Origin: Mobula hypostoma
Taxonomy: Eukaryota
Reading direction: 5' to 3'
Length of the DNA: 64,000 nt
Assembly: GCF_963921235.1 (NCBI RefSeq)
Contig: NC_086102.1
Span: 42,036,001 to 42,100,000, forward strand
A program made the translations under genes and the position numbers. Positions 12,563 through 23,902 of this stretch are shown here, one piece after another. Below the pieces are notes generated by a model, which was not told where the DNA came from, searched no databases, and saw nothing but the letters and a program-made list of their open reading frames with translations. Every line of letters starts with the position of its first letter. Within the stretch, counting starts at the first letter, position 1.

Positions 12563-12637
12563 CACTGCTGTGCAAAACTCTTGGGCGCCCTAGTTATATA
12601 TATGTATATGTGTGTCTAAAACCTCTGCGCAGTACTG
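12563..12637. mobile_element. Tc1-type micro-MITE
   Basis: CACTGCTGTGCAAAACTC...CTCTGCGCAGTACTG, an imperfect palindrome. Confidence 0.6.
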
Positions 12638-12704
12638 TTGTATGTCTGAGGGATTGGGAAGAGCCACACAACTACATTTGCATCAACAAATACAATGGGG
12701 GGAA

Positions 12705-14287
12705 ATGTGATCTGTGTTTTGGAATGGTGTGCAATGATCACTTGTAGCAACATCTCAAGCTTCATCTCGCTGAGGTTCGGTGCTCCCCAGGATTGGGTGC
12801 TCATCCCTCTCGTCTTCAAGCTGCTGACTCATGACTGCACTGCCAGACCCAGCTCGAGCAGGGGTTGGCCTCATCAGCGAAGTTGGTGTGCTGAGAGGAG
12901 GTGGAGAGGCTTGTTAATGGCGCAAGAACAACAACTTGAGTGTCGACGTGGACAAGACAAGGGAGATAATTGTGGTCTTCAGGAAGGAGCAGGTCAGCCA
13001 CTCTCCATTGCAGATGATTGGCTCTGCCATGCAGAGAGTGAAAAGCATGAAGTTCCTGGGTGCGCACATAATGGACAATCTAACTGGACCCACAACACCT
13101 CCTCACTAGTCAAGCAGGCATGGCAGCAGCTATGCTTTTTGCCGAGACTGAGGTGTGCAAGGCTCAGACATCCCACCTCTCCTGGATGTTCCGGGAGTCT
13201 CCCACATATTGATAGCCGCCCTGATACCCGCAAATTATATACAATATCCCAGATTTCGATTTTTTTGAGAGTGAGAGAGAGAGAGAGAGCAAGAGAGAGC
13301 GAGAGCAAGAGAGAGTGCAAGAGAGCAAGAGCGAGACAGAGTGTGTGTGTGAGAGAGAGAGAGAGAGAGCGCACCATGACAGAGTGTTCCAAAAAAAGAA
13401 AATATAAAACTAAAGTGTACCCCTGCCTAATAGAGGTCAAAAATAATGACAGTGCTCGCTGCACTGTTTGCAACAGTGACTTTTCTACTGCCCATAGTGG
13501 GTTAAGACTGTAAAAGACATGTTGACGTGAGTTTAATAGGTGTCATTCGTTCATTAGCATAGCTAACATTATTTAAACTAGCTGGCTAGTTGCTAAGGAG
13601 CTACTCTATAGCAGACATCCCACATCTCCCGGAAGTTCCGGGAGTCTCCCGTAAATTGATGTGCTACCTCCCTGAAATGAGTTTTTGCAGGGTGGGATGT
13701 CTAAAGGCTCCCCAATCCCATTCTAACAACTTTCTGCCAGAGCCCCATTCAGCGTGTCCTGTCTGGCTGCATCATTGTGTAGTACGGAAGCTGCAAGGCA
13801 TCAGACTACAAGACTCTACAGAGGACAGTAAAAACTGCCAAGAGGATGACCAGGGTCTCCCTCCCCCCTACTTGTGACATTTACCAGGCTCGTTGCAGTT
13901 GAAAGGCCTGAAGCTTTTTTGAGAACCCCCACCACCCATCCCACAGTCTCTTGATCCACCACCACCAGGAAGGAGGTACAAAAGTGTCAGGATTAACACT
14001 GCCAGACTAGGTAACAGCTTCGACATTCATGCTGTGAGACTAATGTATACCCCGCTACCACTGAAGTCCTGTCACGAGCGCAGCAAGCTGTTTACTGTTT
14101 CCTTTATTGTTTACCATTTACTGTTTACTTTTTACCTGTGCTGTCAATTATATTTCATTAACTTACTTGTGGTAATATTTTGTTTTATGTGCTGCGTGTG
14201 ATATATGTTTTTTTGGGTGCACCTTGGTCTGAAGGAACATTGCTTTGTTTGTATATATGTAGTCACGTGACAAATAACTTGAACTTG
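12705..14287 (+). mobile_element. Rex/Babar-type LINE, RT C-terminus plus 3' UTR, interrupted by a hAT element
   Basis: ISLRFGAPQDWVLIPLVFKLLTHDC (RT GAPQG motif), a DKTREIIVVFRK-like segment, and the tail aaataacttgaacttg. Confidence 0.8.
13165..13703 (+). mobile_element. Internally deleted hAT-superfamily DNA transposon with a BED-finger relic
   Basis: TIRs are (C)AGACATCCCACC / GGTGGGATGTCT, with AAGGCTC duplicated on both sides. It encodes KRKYKTKVYPCLIEVKNNDSARCTVCNSDFSTAHSG..DCKRHV. An internal second copy of the left terminus lies at ~13612-13660. Confidence 0.8.
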
Positions 14288-15156
14288 TAGGATATTCAAT
14301 AGGACGGAAATGACAGGGGGTGTGATGTTCATGTACTTATCATATTGAGTGTTCTATGATAGTTGTTGAAACTCTTATGAACTGTAAGTGTGCTGCCTTT
14401 ACTTAAATGAATAATGAGAGGTCCTAATAGACAGCAAAATTATTATTCTTACAAAGTTAAACAATAACTCTTATTCTGGCTGTATGTTATTTCATAATGT
14501 CTCCCGCAAGACCAATCTTACAACTCACACACAGCGTATTGTCAGAGAGGGACATGAGATCATCCTGATTACCTGCTGTTCCCAGCTCTGCTTGCCTGGG
14601 CTGGTGCAGCCACTTCTTGGGCTACACTGACAGCTCAACCACATGCAAACTGACCCAGACAGTATATTGGCTGAGAAAGGAAAGGGAAGATTGCCAATAT
14701 AAAGAAATTGTTTTACATATGTTTAATGAAGAAAGCAGCCTTACTTGCAGGTCGCCTTTTGATCATTAGTAAATATTCTATCAAAGGTCTCAGAGGAGTG
14801 TTCGGCCTCTTGGCAGTTGATGGTGTCTGAACCAGAGCACGATAGCCATATTTGACAATGCAGGAAAAGTACTCTTTCAAAAAAACAATCTTCATGATTT
14901 ACTACTTACAAAACTAAATTTGCTTTTTCTGCGTCCACTTAACAGTCAGCGGGAGAAGACAAGATAGGCTCAAATTGATACAGGATGTGGGACTCACAAT
15001 GACTTTCCTGAGGAGGAGGGTAAGCATTTTTGTATTGAGCAAAACCCCTATTACCTACAAATCTGTACCATGGACCAATCAAAAACAACCACTCATGGTG
15101 TATTTGTCTGCATATTAGTAACACAATTGCATGGTTTTGATTATATATTTGTTTTT

Positions 15157-15356
15157 CCTTTTCATGCCTTGTGGTGCATTGGGCAGCATTTTTTGCTGTT
15201 TCCTTAGCAATTTCTCTGGTTTTTTTTATGAGGCTCAGTTGCTAGTTTGACACTCAAACCAGCACGGATGGAAAGTGTGCAAGGAGCCAGCTGGATTCAA
15301 ACCATGGACCATTTGCCTCAAAGTCCAGTGCTGCTGCCACTACACCACCGGCTGGC
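15157..15356 (-). mobile_element. tRNA-derived SINE of a non-V family
   Basis: The minus strand begins GCCAGCCGGTGGTGTAGTGG (A-box) and continues ...GGTTTGAATCC (B-box). Confidence 0.7.
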
Positions 15357-15774
15357 TAAATTATATTATTTATGAGTATACAACCATGTAGTCTGGGGAT
15401 TCTCTGGACTTGACCCTGGTAACCAGTAATTTTGAAGGTTACCAGCATTCCAGGTTCCTCAGAACAAACTACAGGACTTGGAAGCAGAAAGAACCAGCAA
15501 CCTGACCCATGCTTGCCCACTGCATTCCTTTCCACCCTGCGCTGTGCAGGTGTACCTGATATTCCAGGTGCGCACATGTCCCCAGGGACGCTAGAGAGGA
15601 GGACAGAATTCACTGCTATTTTACTAGAGAACTTTAGGGAGGGACTGATGGCTTCAAGAATAAAGTGGGCTGAAAAGATTGTCAAAAAGGTGAAGTGAGA
15701 TAGGCATTTTTTGGGAGAGAGTGTGAAGGAGCATGGACTGAACAGTGGAACAAAACCAATGTTACTGTTATTAG

Positions 15775-16007
15775 TGATGCACTATCAATTACTCCAAAAG
15801 ACTGGAGGTAGAGTAAATACTGAAAGGCTTTTATTAGCAGTAAAATGTGACCTCGACCATGCTGAGTATCTGCCCTGGACTGAGAGGAGGAGCAGTGGCA
15901 CAATCGCCTTTATTCAGGGGTCTGTGGGAGGAGCCACAGGAGCAGTCAGCAGAGGGGTGTGTCCAGACAGGTAACCCAGTTACAACATATATATATGGTT
16001 TACCACA
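15775..16007 (-). mobile_element. Solo LTR (Gypsy-like), 233 bp
   Basis: TG...CA termini, AATAAA on the minus strand, and a 5-bp flank match ATTAG/ATTAA. Confidence 0.75.
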
Positions 16008-16269
16008 ATTAAGATGAGAGTGGAGGTTTGGACATGTTGCTGGTGTTAGTAGAGAGAATGGAGAGGAGACTAATGTCAGCTTATGTTGGACATGTTGGCT
16101 GCTGCATGATTCTGAAGTGATTTGAAGAGATATTTGTAATATTTTGAGGGAAAGAAGTCATTATATGCCTTTGAGGGCAAGGGTAATGACCCTGTAGGTC
16201 ATTTTTTTAAGCCGAGCCTGAGGTCCTTCAGACCTGATACTCCAGTTTCTGATACCACTGATAGGGCTG

Positions 16270-16562
16270 CAGGGTAGCGTAGTGGCTAGCGTAATACTCG
16301 ACAGCGACCCAGGTTCAGTTCCCGCTACTGTCTATAGGAACATTGTACACTCTCCCCTTGACCGCTTGGGGTTCCTCCCATGCTCCAAAGATACATAGGT
16401 TAGTAAGCTGTGGGCATGCTAAGCTGGTGCCAGAAGATTGGTGACACTTGCAGGCTGTCTCCAGCACATCCTCAGACTGTATTGGTTTGTTGATGCAAAT
16501 GGCGCATCTCACTTATGTTTCAATGATTTGATATACGTGACAACTAAAGTTAATCTTTATCT
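16270..16562 (+). mobile_element. V-SINE, near full length
   Basis: A-box gtagcgtagtggctagc, B-box ggttcagttccc, a shortened V-domain, and the tail gtgacaactaaagttaatcttt. Confidence 0.75.
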
Positions 16563-17134
16563 TCATCACTGCTGTTACTACTGTTGTTATTAGTTCTACA
16601 AGTGCCACTATTACTGTTATATTGCTTCTCTGAATACTACTATTTTATTAGCATTAGCATTATTGCTGAAAGTGCTGCAAGTGTTTTTCTAGCCTTGATT
16701 TATCTGGTGTCCTCAACAGTTCGAGGATGGACGTTGAGAGTTCCCTGCTGTGTTTCAATGTGTTGTGCCACATTGAAGATGGATGGAAATGCAGTGTAAA
16801 GATGCTTGGTGCAAATGATTGAGCTTAATTTGACACGGGGAAAAAATGGATCAACGGATACAATAAAATCTCCGCCTAATTAAACTACGGAACCTCCATT
16901 GAGAAGAAGAGAATGGTGTTTTAACAAACTCGAAATATTTTCTGGTTAGCCTTCTCATCCTGACCAGTCTTGAGATTAAATGGTGACTTGCATCACAAAG
17001 CCTTAAATCCTCTTACCCATTGCCACCAAGTCTGTTGCTGTGCTTTTTTTTCTCCTTGTACGAGACAGGTAGCAGGGTCATATTAAAGAGTTACAAGGAC
17101 TTCGGGGAAACTTTTATCCCTGAAATGAAATTTA

Positions 17135-17670
17135 CGCTCAGTGGCCACTTTATTAAATACCTGCCGTGCCTTATAAAGTGGTCATTGAGTGTATGTTTGT
17201 GGTCTTCTGCTGCTGTAGCCCATCCTATTCAAGGTTTCTTCAAGGTCTTCTGCTGCTGTAGACTATCCTCTTCAAGGAAATGCTCTTCTGCACACCACTG
17301 TTGTAATGCATATTTATTTGAGTTACTGTCACCTTCCTGTTAGCTTGAGCAAGCTGGCCATTCTTCTCTGTCCTCTTTCACTAACAAGGTGTCTTCGCAC
17401 TCAGAACTGCCACTCACTGGGTTTTTCTGTTTATTGCCCCATTTTCTGTCAACTCTGAAGACTGTTGTATGTGAAAATTCCCAGAGATCAGCAGTTTCTG
17501 AGATACTCAACCCATTCCATTCTGGCACCAATAATTACTCCATGGTCAAAGTCACTCAGACCACATTTCTTCCCCATTTTGATGCTTGGTTTGAATAGCA
17601 ACTGAATTTCTTGACCACTTCTGTAATCTATTACGCATTGAGTTGCTGCCATATGATTGGCTGATTTGCA
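17135..17670 (-). mobile_element. Tc1-like transposon relic with a small terminal palindrome
   Basis: Hairpin CTCAGTGGCCACTTTAT...ATAAAGTGGTCATTGAG at ~17138-17189, and the minus-strand peptide NGLSISETADLWEFSHTTVFRVDRKW. Confidence 0.7.
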
Positions 17671-18489
17671 ATTGGTACAAACTTGATGCCTTAAAATAAT
17701 TTTGAACTCAATGCCTCACCTGTAGCATTTCACGAGCTCAGCCAATAGTAACTTTTCTACTGAAAATGTGATTTCAACATTCTCAGAGCAGTTGTTGATT
17801 TCTGCTTTCTCTCATGGTAGACTTTGCTGTGGTTTGAGAACTTCAGAATAAAAATTGACTTTGCCTGCAAAAGAATTGGCCCAATTGGTACCAGCACTTC
17901 TCTAGAAAATTATTGGTGATGTGCTCTGAAGGATCAGTGTGCTTCTGACCACCAGATATTCCAATTTGAAAATCAAAGCCAACCTGAAGACTGGCTATTG
18001 GCGATCCTGAGTTCCCATATTGTCTCTGGATTCATCACTGATGCCATAGGCAGATTAACAATGCCGTGAATTAAGAGATCTGATGTATTTGACCCTTTGC
18101 TTTACCTTGTGAATGGCTGGCATGAATAGCGTGACTTGGGTTGTCAACCTTAATTGAAAGGTTATATGAGTTCTTTTATATTTTACTTTAATGTTTATTA
18201 TTGATCAGGAAAGACTGCAGTTATTTGAAAGATAGCCAGTTCAAATATGCAGCAATATTACATGGCGAGATTTTGTTTTTGGTTGCCAGGTTAGTGCCCA
18301 GAATAACATGGTAGTTTTCAAAATTGTTGGATGGAGCCTGTTCCATCTAGCTGATTAATATGGCCTCTAATTAATCATTCCTGAGTGTGCCATGTCTGAC
18401 TATGTCTCAATATTGTTTGAGACTGCGTACCAAGATTGCAAAGCTGAATTTAAATGCACAGCAGTTTGAATCACTAAAGGGCCTGAAGG

Positions 18490-18785
18490 ATCATTGGGGA
18501 CCCGAGTCACCCCAAACACAAAGTGTTCCAGCTGCTACCATCTGGGAAACAGTACCGCAGCATAAAAACCAGGACCAACGGGCTCCGGGACAGCTTCTCC
18601 ACCAGGCCATCAGACTGATTAATTCATGCTGATACAATATCGACTGTCCTGTTGTACATACTATCTATTCATTATAAATTACTATAAATTGCACATTGCA
18701 CATTTAGACGGAGATGTAACATAAATATTTTTACTCCTCATGTACGTGAAGGATGTAAGAAATAAAGTCATTTCAATTCAATTCA
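18490..18785 (+). mobile_element. Rex/Babar LINE 3' end
   Basis: Encodes ...SFFHQAIRLIN-like terminal RT residues followed by aataaagtc and a (ttcaa)n tail. Confidence 0.75.
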
Positions 18786-18892
18786 ACAACTTTCTGATTT
18801 AGAGCTAAGACGTCTACTACTTGGCTACACCGATGGCCAATGTTGGTGACCCTGGATATAGGAGGGGACCAGTGTGGTAGACCCTGAAAAAA

Positions 18893-19154
18893 ATGCTGGG
18901 AAACTGTTGAGTCTCTTTCTGCCATGGTCCACCATCCTCCTCTCCTATCGGATTTCTTCTTCTCCAGCCCTTTCCCTTCCCCACCCAGCTGTTTTCACCT
19001 ATCACCTTCCAGTGAGCCTCCTTCCCCTTCTCCCCACCTTTTTATTCTGGCATTATCCCGCTTCCTTCTCAGTCCTGAAGAAGGGTCTCAGCCTGAAATG
19101 CCGACTACTTATTCATTTCCATAGATGCTGCCTGACCTGCTAAGTTCCTCCAGC

Positions 19155-19186
<32 letters not shown>

Positions 19187-19187
19187 G
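18893..19187 (+). mobile_element. PLE 3' tail with a hammerhead relic, ending in an expanded (TG)n
   Basis: AGTC-CTGAAGA-AGGGTCTCAGCCT-GAAA-TGCC-GACT at 19071-19106, followed by the family tail gatgctgcctgacctgctaagttcctccagca. Confidence 0.8.
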
Positions 19188-19989
19188 TTTGAGAGTAAAA
19201 GTTATCCACACTGACAAAGGATTTGTTAACTTTATAGCATAGGTTTGAATTTTAGTTATCTTTCACAGATTTGGGAACCACATATATTAATAACATGAAG
19301 TCTTCAGGCACATTAGTAAAGAAGAAAGATGACAAAGAATCAGCAATCTCCTGATTTTCACTTCCATTGAAATCAACTGAAATGTTAATATTACAGCAAA
19401 AATGTAGCTAAATGCAAATCAGTTGCAAGCTAATGATTTTAAGAGAAAGTTAAGTGGGGGGAGGTGCAATGATTTACAGAGCAGTTCTGTCCTTGGAGAG
19501 AAGGCCTGATTAGATAACCATTCATATGTTGACTACCTCGCGCTTCACTAGGTGTCAGCATTAGACCTTTGGTTAATACAACTGGCAACACCGAGATCTC
19601 GCTAGAAAGGCTTGCTGTATGCCTGAGGCATGAAGTTGTGGCTCTATAAAGATAAGTTGGTATTTGCAGCTAATATGTTTGAATTATTTTAAACCATTCA
19701 AAGGATATTTTTGAATTCCAAGGAATTTGTAACACCAGATGATGCTCATGGAACAAGATGACCGCATACTGCATAGGATGGCAACAATACTGTAGTGAAT
19801 TTATTTAAAATACATTGAAGCTAATCATTTGATATACATAAATTAGAGTAAAGTAGTGTATTTCCAGGACTAAAGAGAGTCAGCTTTTAACTTTCTTGTT
19901 CTTGCAGCTGCTTTGATTTTTCAATGAAAATGGTTGAGGAACATTGTTTAATATAACTGGGACCTGTACTTTTACAGAAACTGGTGAGG

Positions 19990-21858
19990 ATATTATCCTT
20001 GCTGGGACTCAACACCTCCCTCTGCAATTGGATGCTGGACTTCATAACAGTAAGGCCACAGTTGGTCCGTGTGGGCAGCAACGTTTCTTGTCCCATTACA
20101 CTAAGCACTGGCACACCCCAAAGCTGTGTGCTCAGCCCACTGCTGTTCGCACCGCTGACGTATTACTACATCACAGGATCCAGCTCAAACCGTATCATCA
20201 AGATTATGGATGACACAACAGTGGTTGGCCTCATCAGGAATGATGACGAGACGGAGTATAGTGAGAACATGGAGTGACCGGTGGATTGGTGTGAGAAGAA
20301 CACTTAAGCCTGAACTTGGAGAAGACCAAGGAAATCATTGTGGACTTCAGGAAGGTGAGGACAAACCATCCCCGTCCACAAATACGTGGCTCCTCTATAG
20401 AGAGAATTAAGTGCACCAGGTTCCTGGGAGTTCACATCACAGATGACCTCACCTGGTCCCTTAATATCACCTCCCTGAACAAGAAGGCACAGCAGCACCT
20501 CCACTTCCTAAGAAGATTGAGACAAGCAAGGCTCCCCCTCCTACATCCACCCCCCATCTTAATTGCATTTTACGGGAACACCATTGAGAACGTCTTGACA
20601 AGTTCCATCTCCATCTGGTATGGGAGCCGTCGAGCATTGGACCAGAAGTCCCTACAAAGGACTGTGAGAACAGCTGAGAGGATCATAGAGGTCTCCCTAC
20701 CATCCAGCATGGACAATTTTTCATGAGCGCTGTGTATGCAGGGGTCCTTCATATTATTAAGGATCTCACCCATCCATCCAGCATCCTCTTTGACTTTCTA
20801 CCCATCAGGCAGGAGGCTACAATGCATAAAAACAAGAACGATTAGAATAAGAAGCAGTTTCTTCCCCAAGGCCATTAGGCTTCAGAACTCGCTGTGGCAA
20901 CGTATTCAAAGTGTCACTGGTTAATCTGTTCCATACCATACAATATTTAATATTAATGCACTTTAGTCTGCAAGTTACAAGGGGTGATTGATAAGTTCGT
21001 GGCCAGGGTAGACGGAGTCAGTTTTAGAAAACCTAGCACATTTGTTTTTCAACATAGTCCTCTCCTACATTTACACACTTAGTCCAGTGGTCGTGGAGCA
21101 TACGGATCTTGGACCTCCAGAAAGTGCCCACAGCAGAGGTGATTGATAAGTTCGTGGCCTAAGGTAGAAGGGGATGAGTTATACAGCTCTCGTTACATGC
21201 ACATGCAGTTCATCTCTTTGAGTGATAATGCAGAAAGTTTGAGGTTAATAACGCATCAGGGGTGATTGATAAGTTCGTGGCCTAAGGTAGAAGGAGATGA
21301 GTTATTAACTTCAAACTTTCTGCATAATCACACAGAAAGCTCAACTGCATGTGCATGTAACGAGAGCTGTATAACACATCTCCTTCTACCCTAGGCCACG
21401 AACTTATCAATCACCCCTTGTAACTTGCAGACTAAAGTGCATTAATATTAAATATTGTATGGTATGGAACAGATTAACCAGTGACACTTTGAATACGTGG
21501 ATCATCTGGTGTTACACTGTGGACACTTTCTGGAGGTCCAAGATCCGTCTGCTCCACGACTGCTGGACTAAGTGTGTACATGTAGGAGGGGACTATGTTG
21601 AAAAAGAAATGTGCTAGGTTTTCTAAAATTGACTCCTTCTACCTTATGCCACAAACTTATCAATCACCCCTTGGATGTGTGATTCATCTGGAGATTTTAT
21701 CCTTACTTCCATAAGTAATCCCGTGCTATGTGCGTTACATGCACTACTATGGTTTATATACAGGTTTGAAGAAATGTCTCATTTCTATATATGTACACAA
21801 TATGGTTATATGTGTTATAAACATGTATATAGTTAAATGACAATAAACTTGACTTGAC
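19990..21858 (+). mobile_element. Rex/Babar LINE (RT plus 3' UTR), interrupted by a mariner-type MITE
   Basis: Peptides [14 protein letters not shown]...[16 protein letters not shown]...[10 protein letters not shown] and KTKEIIVDFRK...RFLGVHITDDLTWS, with the tail aataaacttgacttgac. Confidence 0.9.
20978..21673. mobile_element. Mariner-type palindromic MITE with five TIR copies
   Basis: The TIR CAAGGGGTGATTGATAAGTTCGTGGCC follows a TA. Forward copies are at ~20978, 21136 and 21257; reverse copies end at 21420 and 21673. Confidence 0.85.
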
Positions 21859-22536
21859 AGTCATGATGGACTAGTCCAAGATCTTTGCTAAGGTTAACTA
21901 AAGTCATAAGTAGGAGGTTAAGATTGTAATGCATTATCCCAAACTCCACATTAACTCACACTTTGATTTTTAATTAAAGCAAAACTCTTGAATGTGAGTC
22001 CAAATGTAATATTTTCCCTTTTCAGTCTCATTAAAACTCCAGACCTTTCTGACTACCGTTAATCCTTTCAGATTCCTCTGTTATTCTGGGCTCCTGGTTG
22101 GCCCAGAACCCGAGTACTCACCTTGCAATCTTCTCCTTCTCTGTGACATGATCTCGACGTATTATCAGGTCACTCCGAGCTATTTTTGCTTCATCTCCTC
22201 ACTCATTCATTTTGGCTTAATAGCTCCTGACTATAACTGGGGTTGTGCCAGAAAGTTGGTGCAGGGCTATTTCTAAACACAGCCCGTGAGGTTCTGCTTA
22301 ATTAAGTGGGGCACAAGTTAATAAAACATTACATATATGGGAAAAGAACTTGGACTACAGTAAAAGTGACTGGAAAATGAACTAGCAGCATCAATATTTT
22401 TTAAAATATAAAGTCTCAGCTGAAGATTGAACAGTTGTGAAAATGCCTTTGCAGTTAAGACAGCTGCCTGATGCACCAGTAGTAGATGGATATGTTTCCA
22501 TTCTTTAGGTTCAATGCTATGTGGAAATTCTTCTAA

Positions 22537-22624
22537 AGAAAATGTCCAGATGGAATAAGGCAGATACTCAATTCATCATGAGAAAATGTCCAGATGGAAT
22601 AAGGCAGATACTCAATTCATCATG
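22537..22624. repeat. Perfect 44-bp tandem duplication
   Basis: agaaaatgtccagatggaataaggcagatactcaattcatcatg occurs twice, with AG microhomology at the junction. Confidence 0.95.
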
Positions 22625-23265
22625 AGCCAGAACATGAGATGAAAAAGATAAATGGCTACAAACACCTTGAAAAGTCTCTTGATGTCTGAAGAAGGTGAGC
22701 TCAACAGTGGAGTTGTGTTACGGTGGTTGAAATTGTTGTTTATTGTTATTTTTAACAGCTATGTGATAACATGCTCTACATATGAAGCCATAAATCCATC
22801 TTCTGATCCAACACGCAGTCTCATCATGTGAAACCATTCTGTTGATGTGGTTGCAGGGACCTTGTGAAATTGGTATTGTCCAGACTTGATTATGACTCAC
22901 CGATGCAATTAAGCTACCTCTGCTATTCAATGGCTTTGTGCATTTTTTTGGGTGAGTAGGGTCTTTGTTGGAGGAGGAAGGAGGAACGAAATCTGCTTCA
23001 CTGATTCCAACAGTTAAAGAAGAAGTTCATTCTGGCTGTAGGCAACAAGGAACAGTTGTGAAGAGTGCACTGATTAGAGAATTGCTGAGATATAAAACTA
23101 AAACCTGCCCAAAGAAAATCCAAATCCAAATCTGATATGTGGGCATGAGGGACAACAGATCCTGGCATCTGCAGCAAAATAACAAACTGTTGGAGGAACT
23201 CAGCAGGTCAGACAGCATCTGCAGAGGGAAATGGACAGTCGATATTTCAAATCAAGGCCTTCCTC

Positions 23266-23902
23266 TGTAACTATCTTGATACCCAACTGTATCCAGAGAG
23301 CGGTGCCTGTCACGGCTCAGCACTGCCCTCTACCTGGTCGGAAGGTACACCACATGTCAGTCAACATTTCACCCATCCCAACTAATCAATGCACACTTAA
23401 CCATTGGCCACCTTAATTGGATTAACCCGTCTAGCACCAAGCTGTTGGCGCCCCGGTGAATCAACTGGGCTGCACCCTCTAGCCCCCTGACCTATAAAGG
23501 GTGCTACTTGTGCTTGGCTCGTTCTCTTTTTTGCTGTTTCCGAGGGACCAGCCTGATGTTGGTGAGTTGTGCATTGAATATGGTTTTGGGAGCGTTTATT
23601 GTTGTCCCTGTAGCAGACAGCAGTGCCTGCCCATAGTCAAAGGATGGCAGGTATCATAGTTACTTTTCCCTTGCTTGTATATGTACCTATACTCTGTCCC
23701 CACACTGTTTTCCCGTGTATTGTACTGCCGACCCGATTTTTCCCATGCTCATCTATTCTAAGCGCGTTTGTGCGCATATTGTAGCCGCTTGTCTTGTCCC
23801 CAAGCTCTTCTTTCCCTGTAAATAAACTCCTTATTGTTAAAACTGTGTATCCAGAATCCTTGCCTTGAGACCCAAAGAACCCGTCTCATTTCCATCACAA
23901 CA
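23266..23902 (+). mobile_element. Probable solo LTR (~637 bp) directly following a PLE tail
   Basis: TGT...ACA termini, TATAAA at ~23493 and AATAAA at 23821. The TSD is not clean. Confidence 0.6.

Noticed and set aside
12695-13513. 272-aa ORF
   Set aside because: A chance read-through of a frameshifted Rex LINE, a (GA)n tract and a hAT relic.
15285-15356. tRNA gene (also 36885-36955 and 16270-16325)
   Set aside because: The A/B boxes continue into SINE bodies and tails, and there is no intact cloverleaf.
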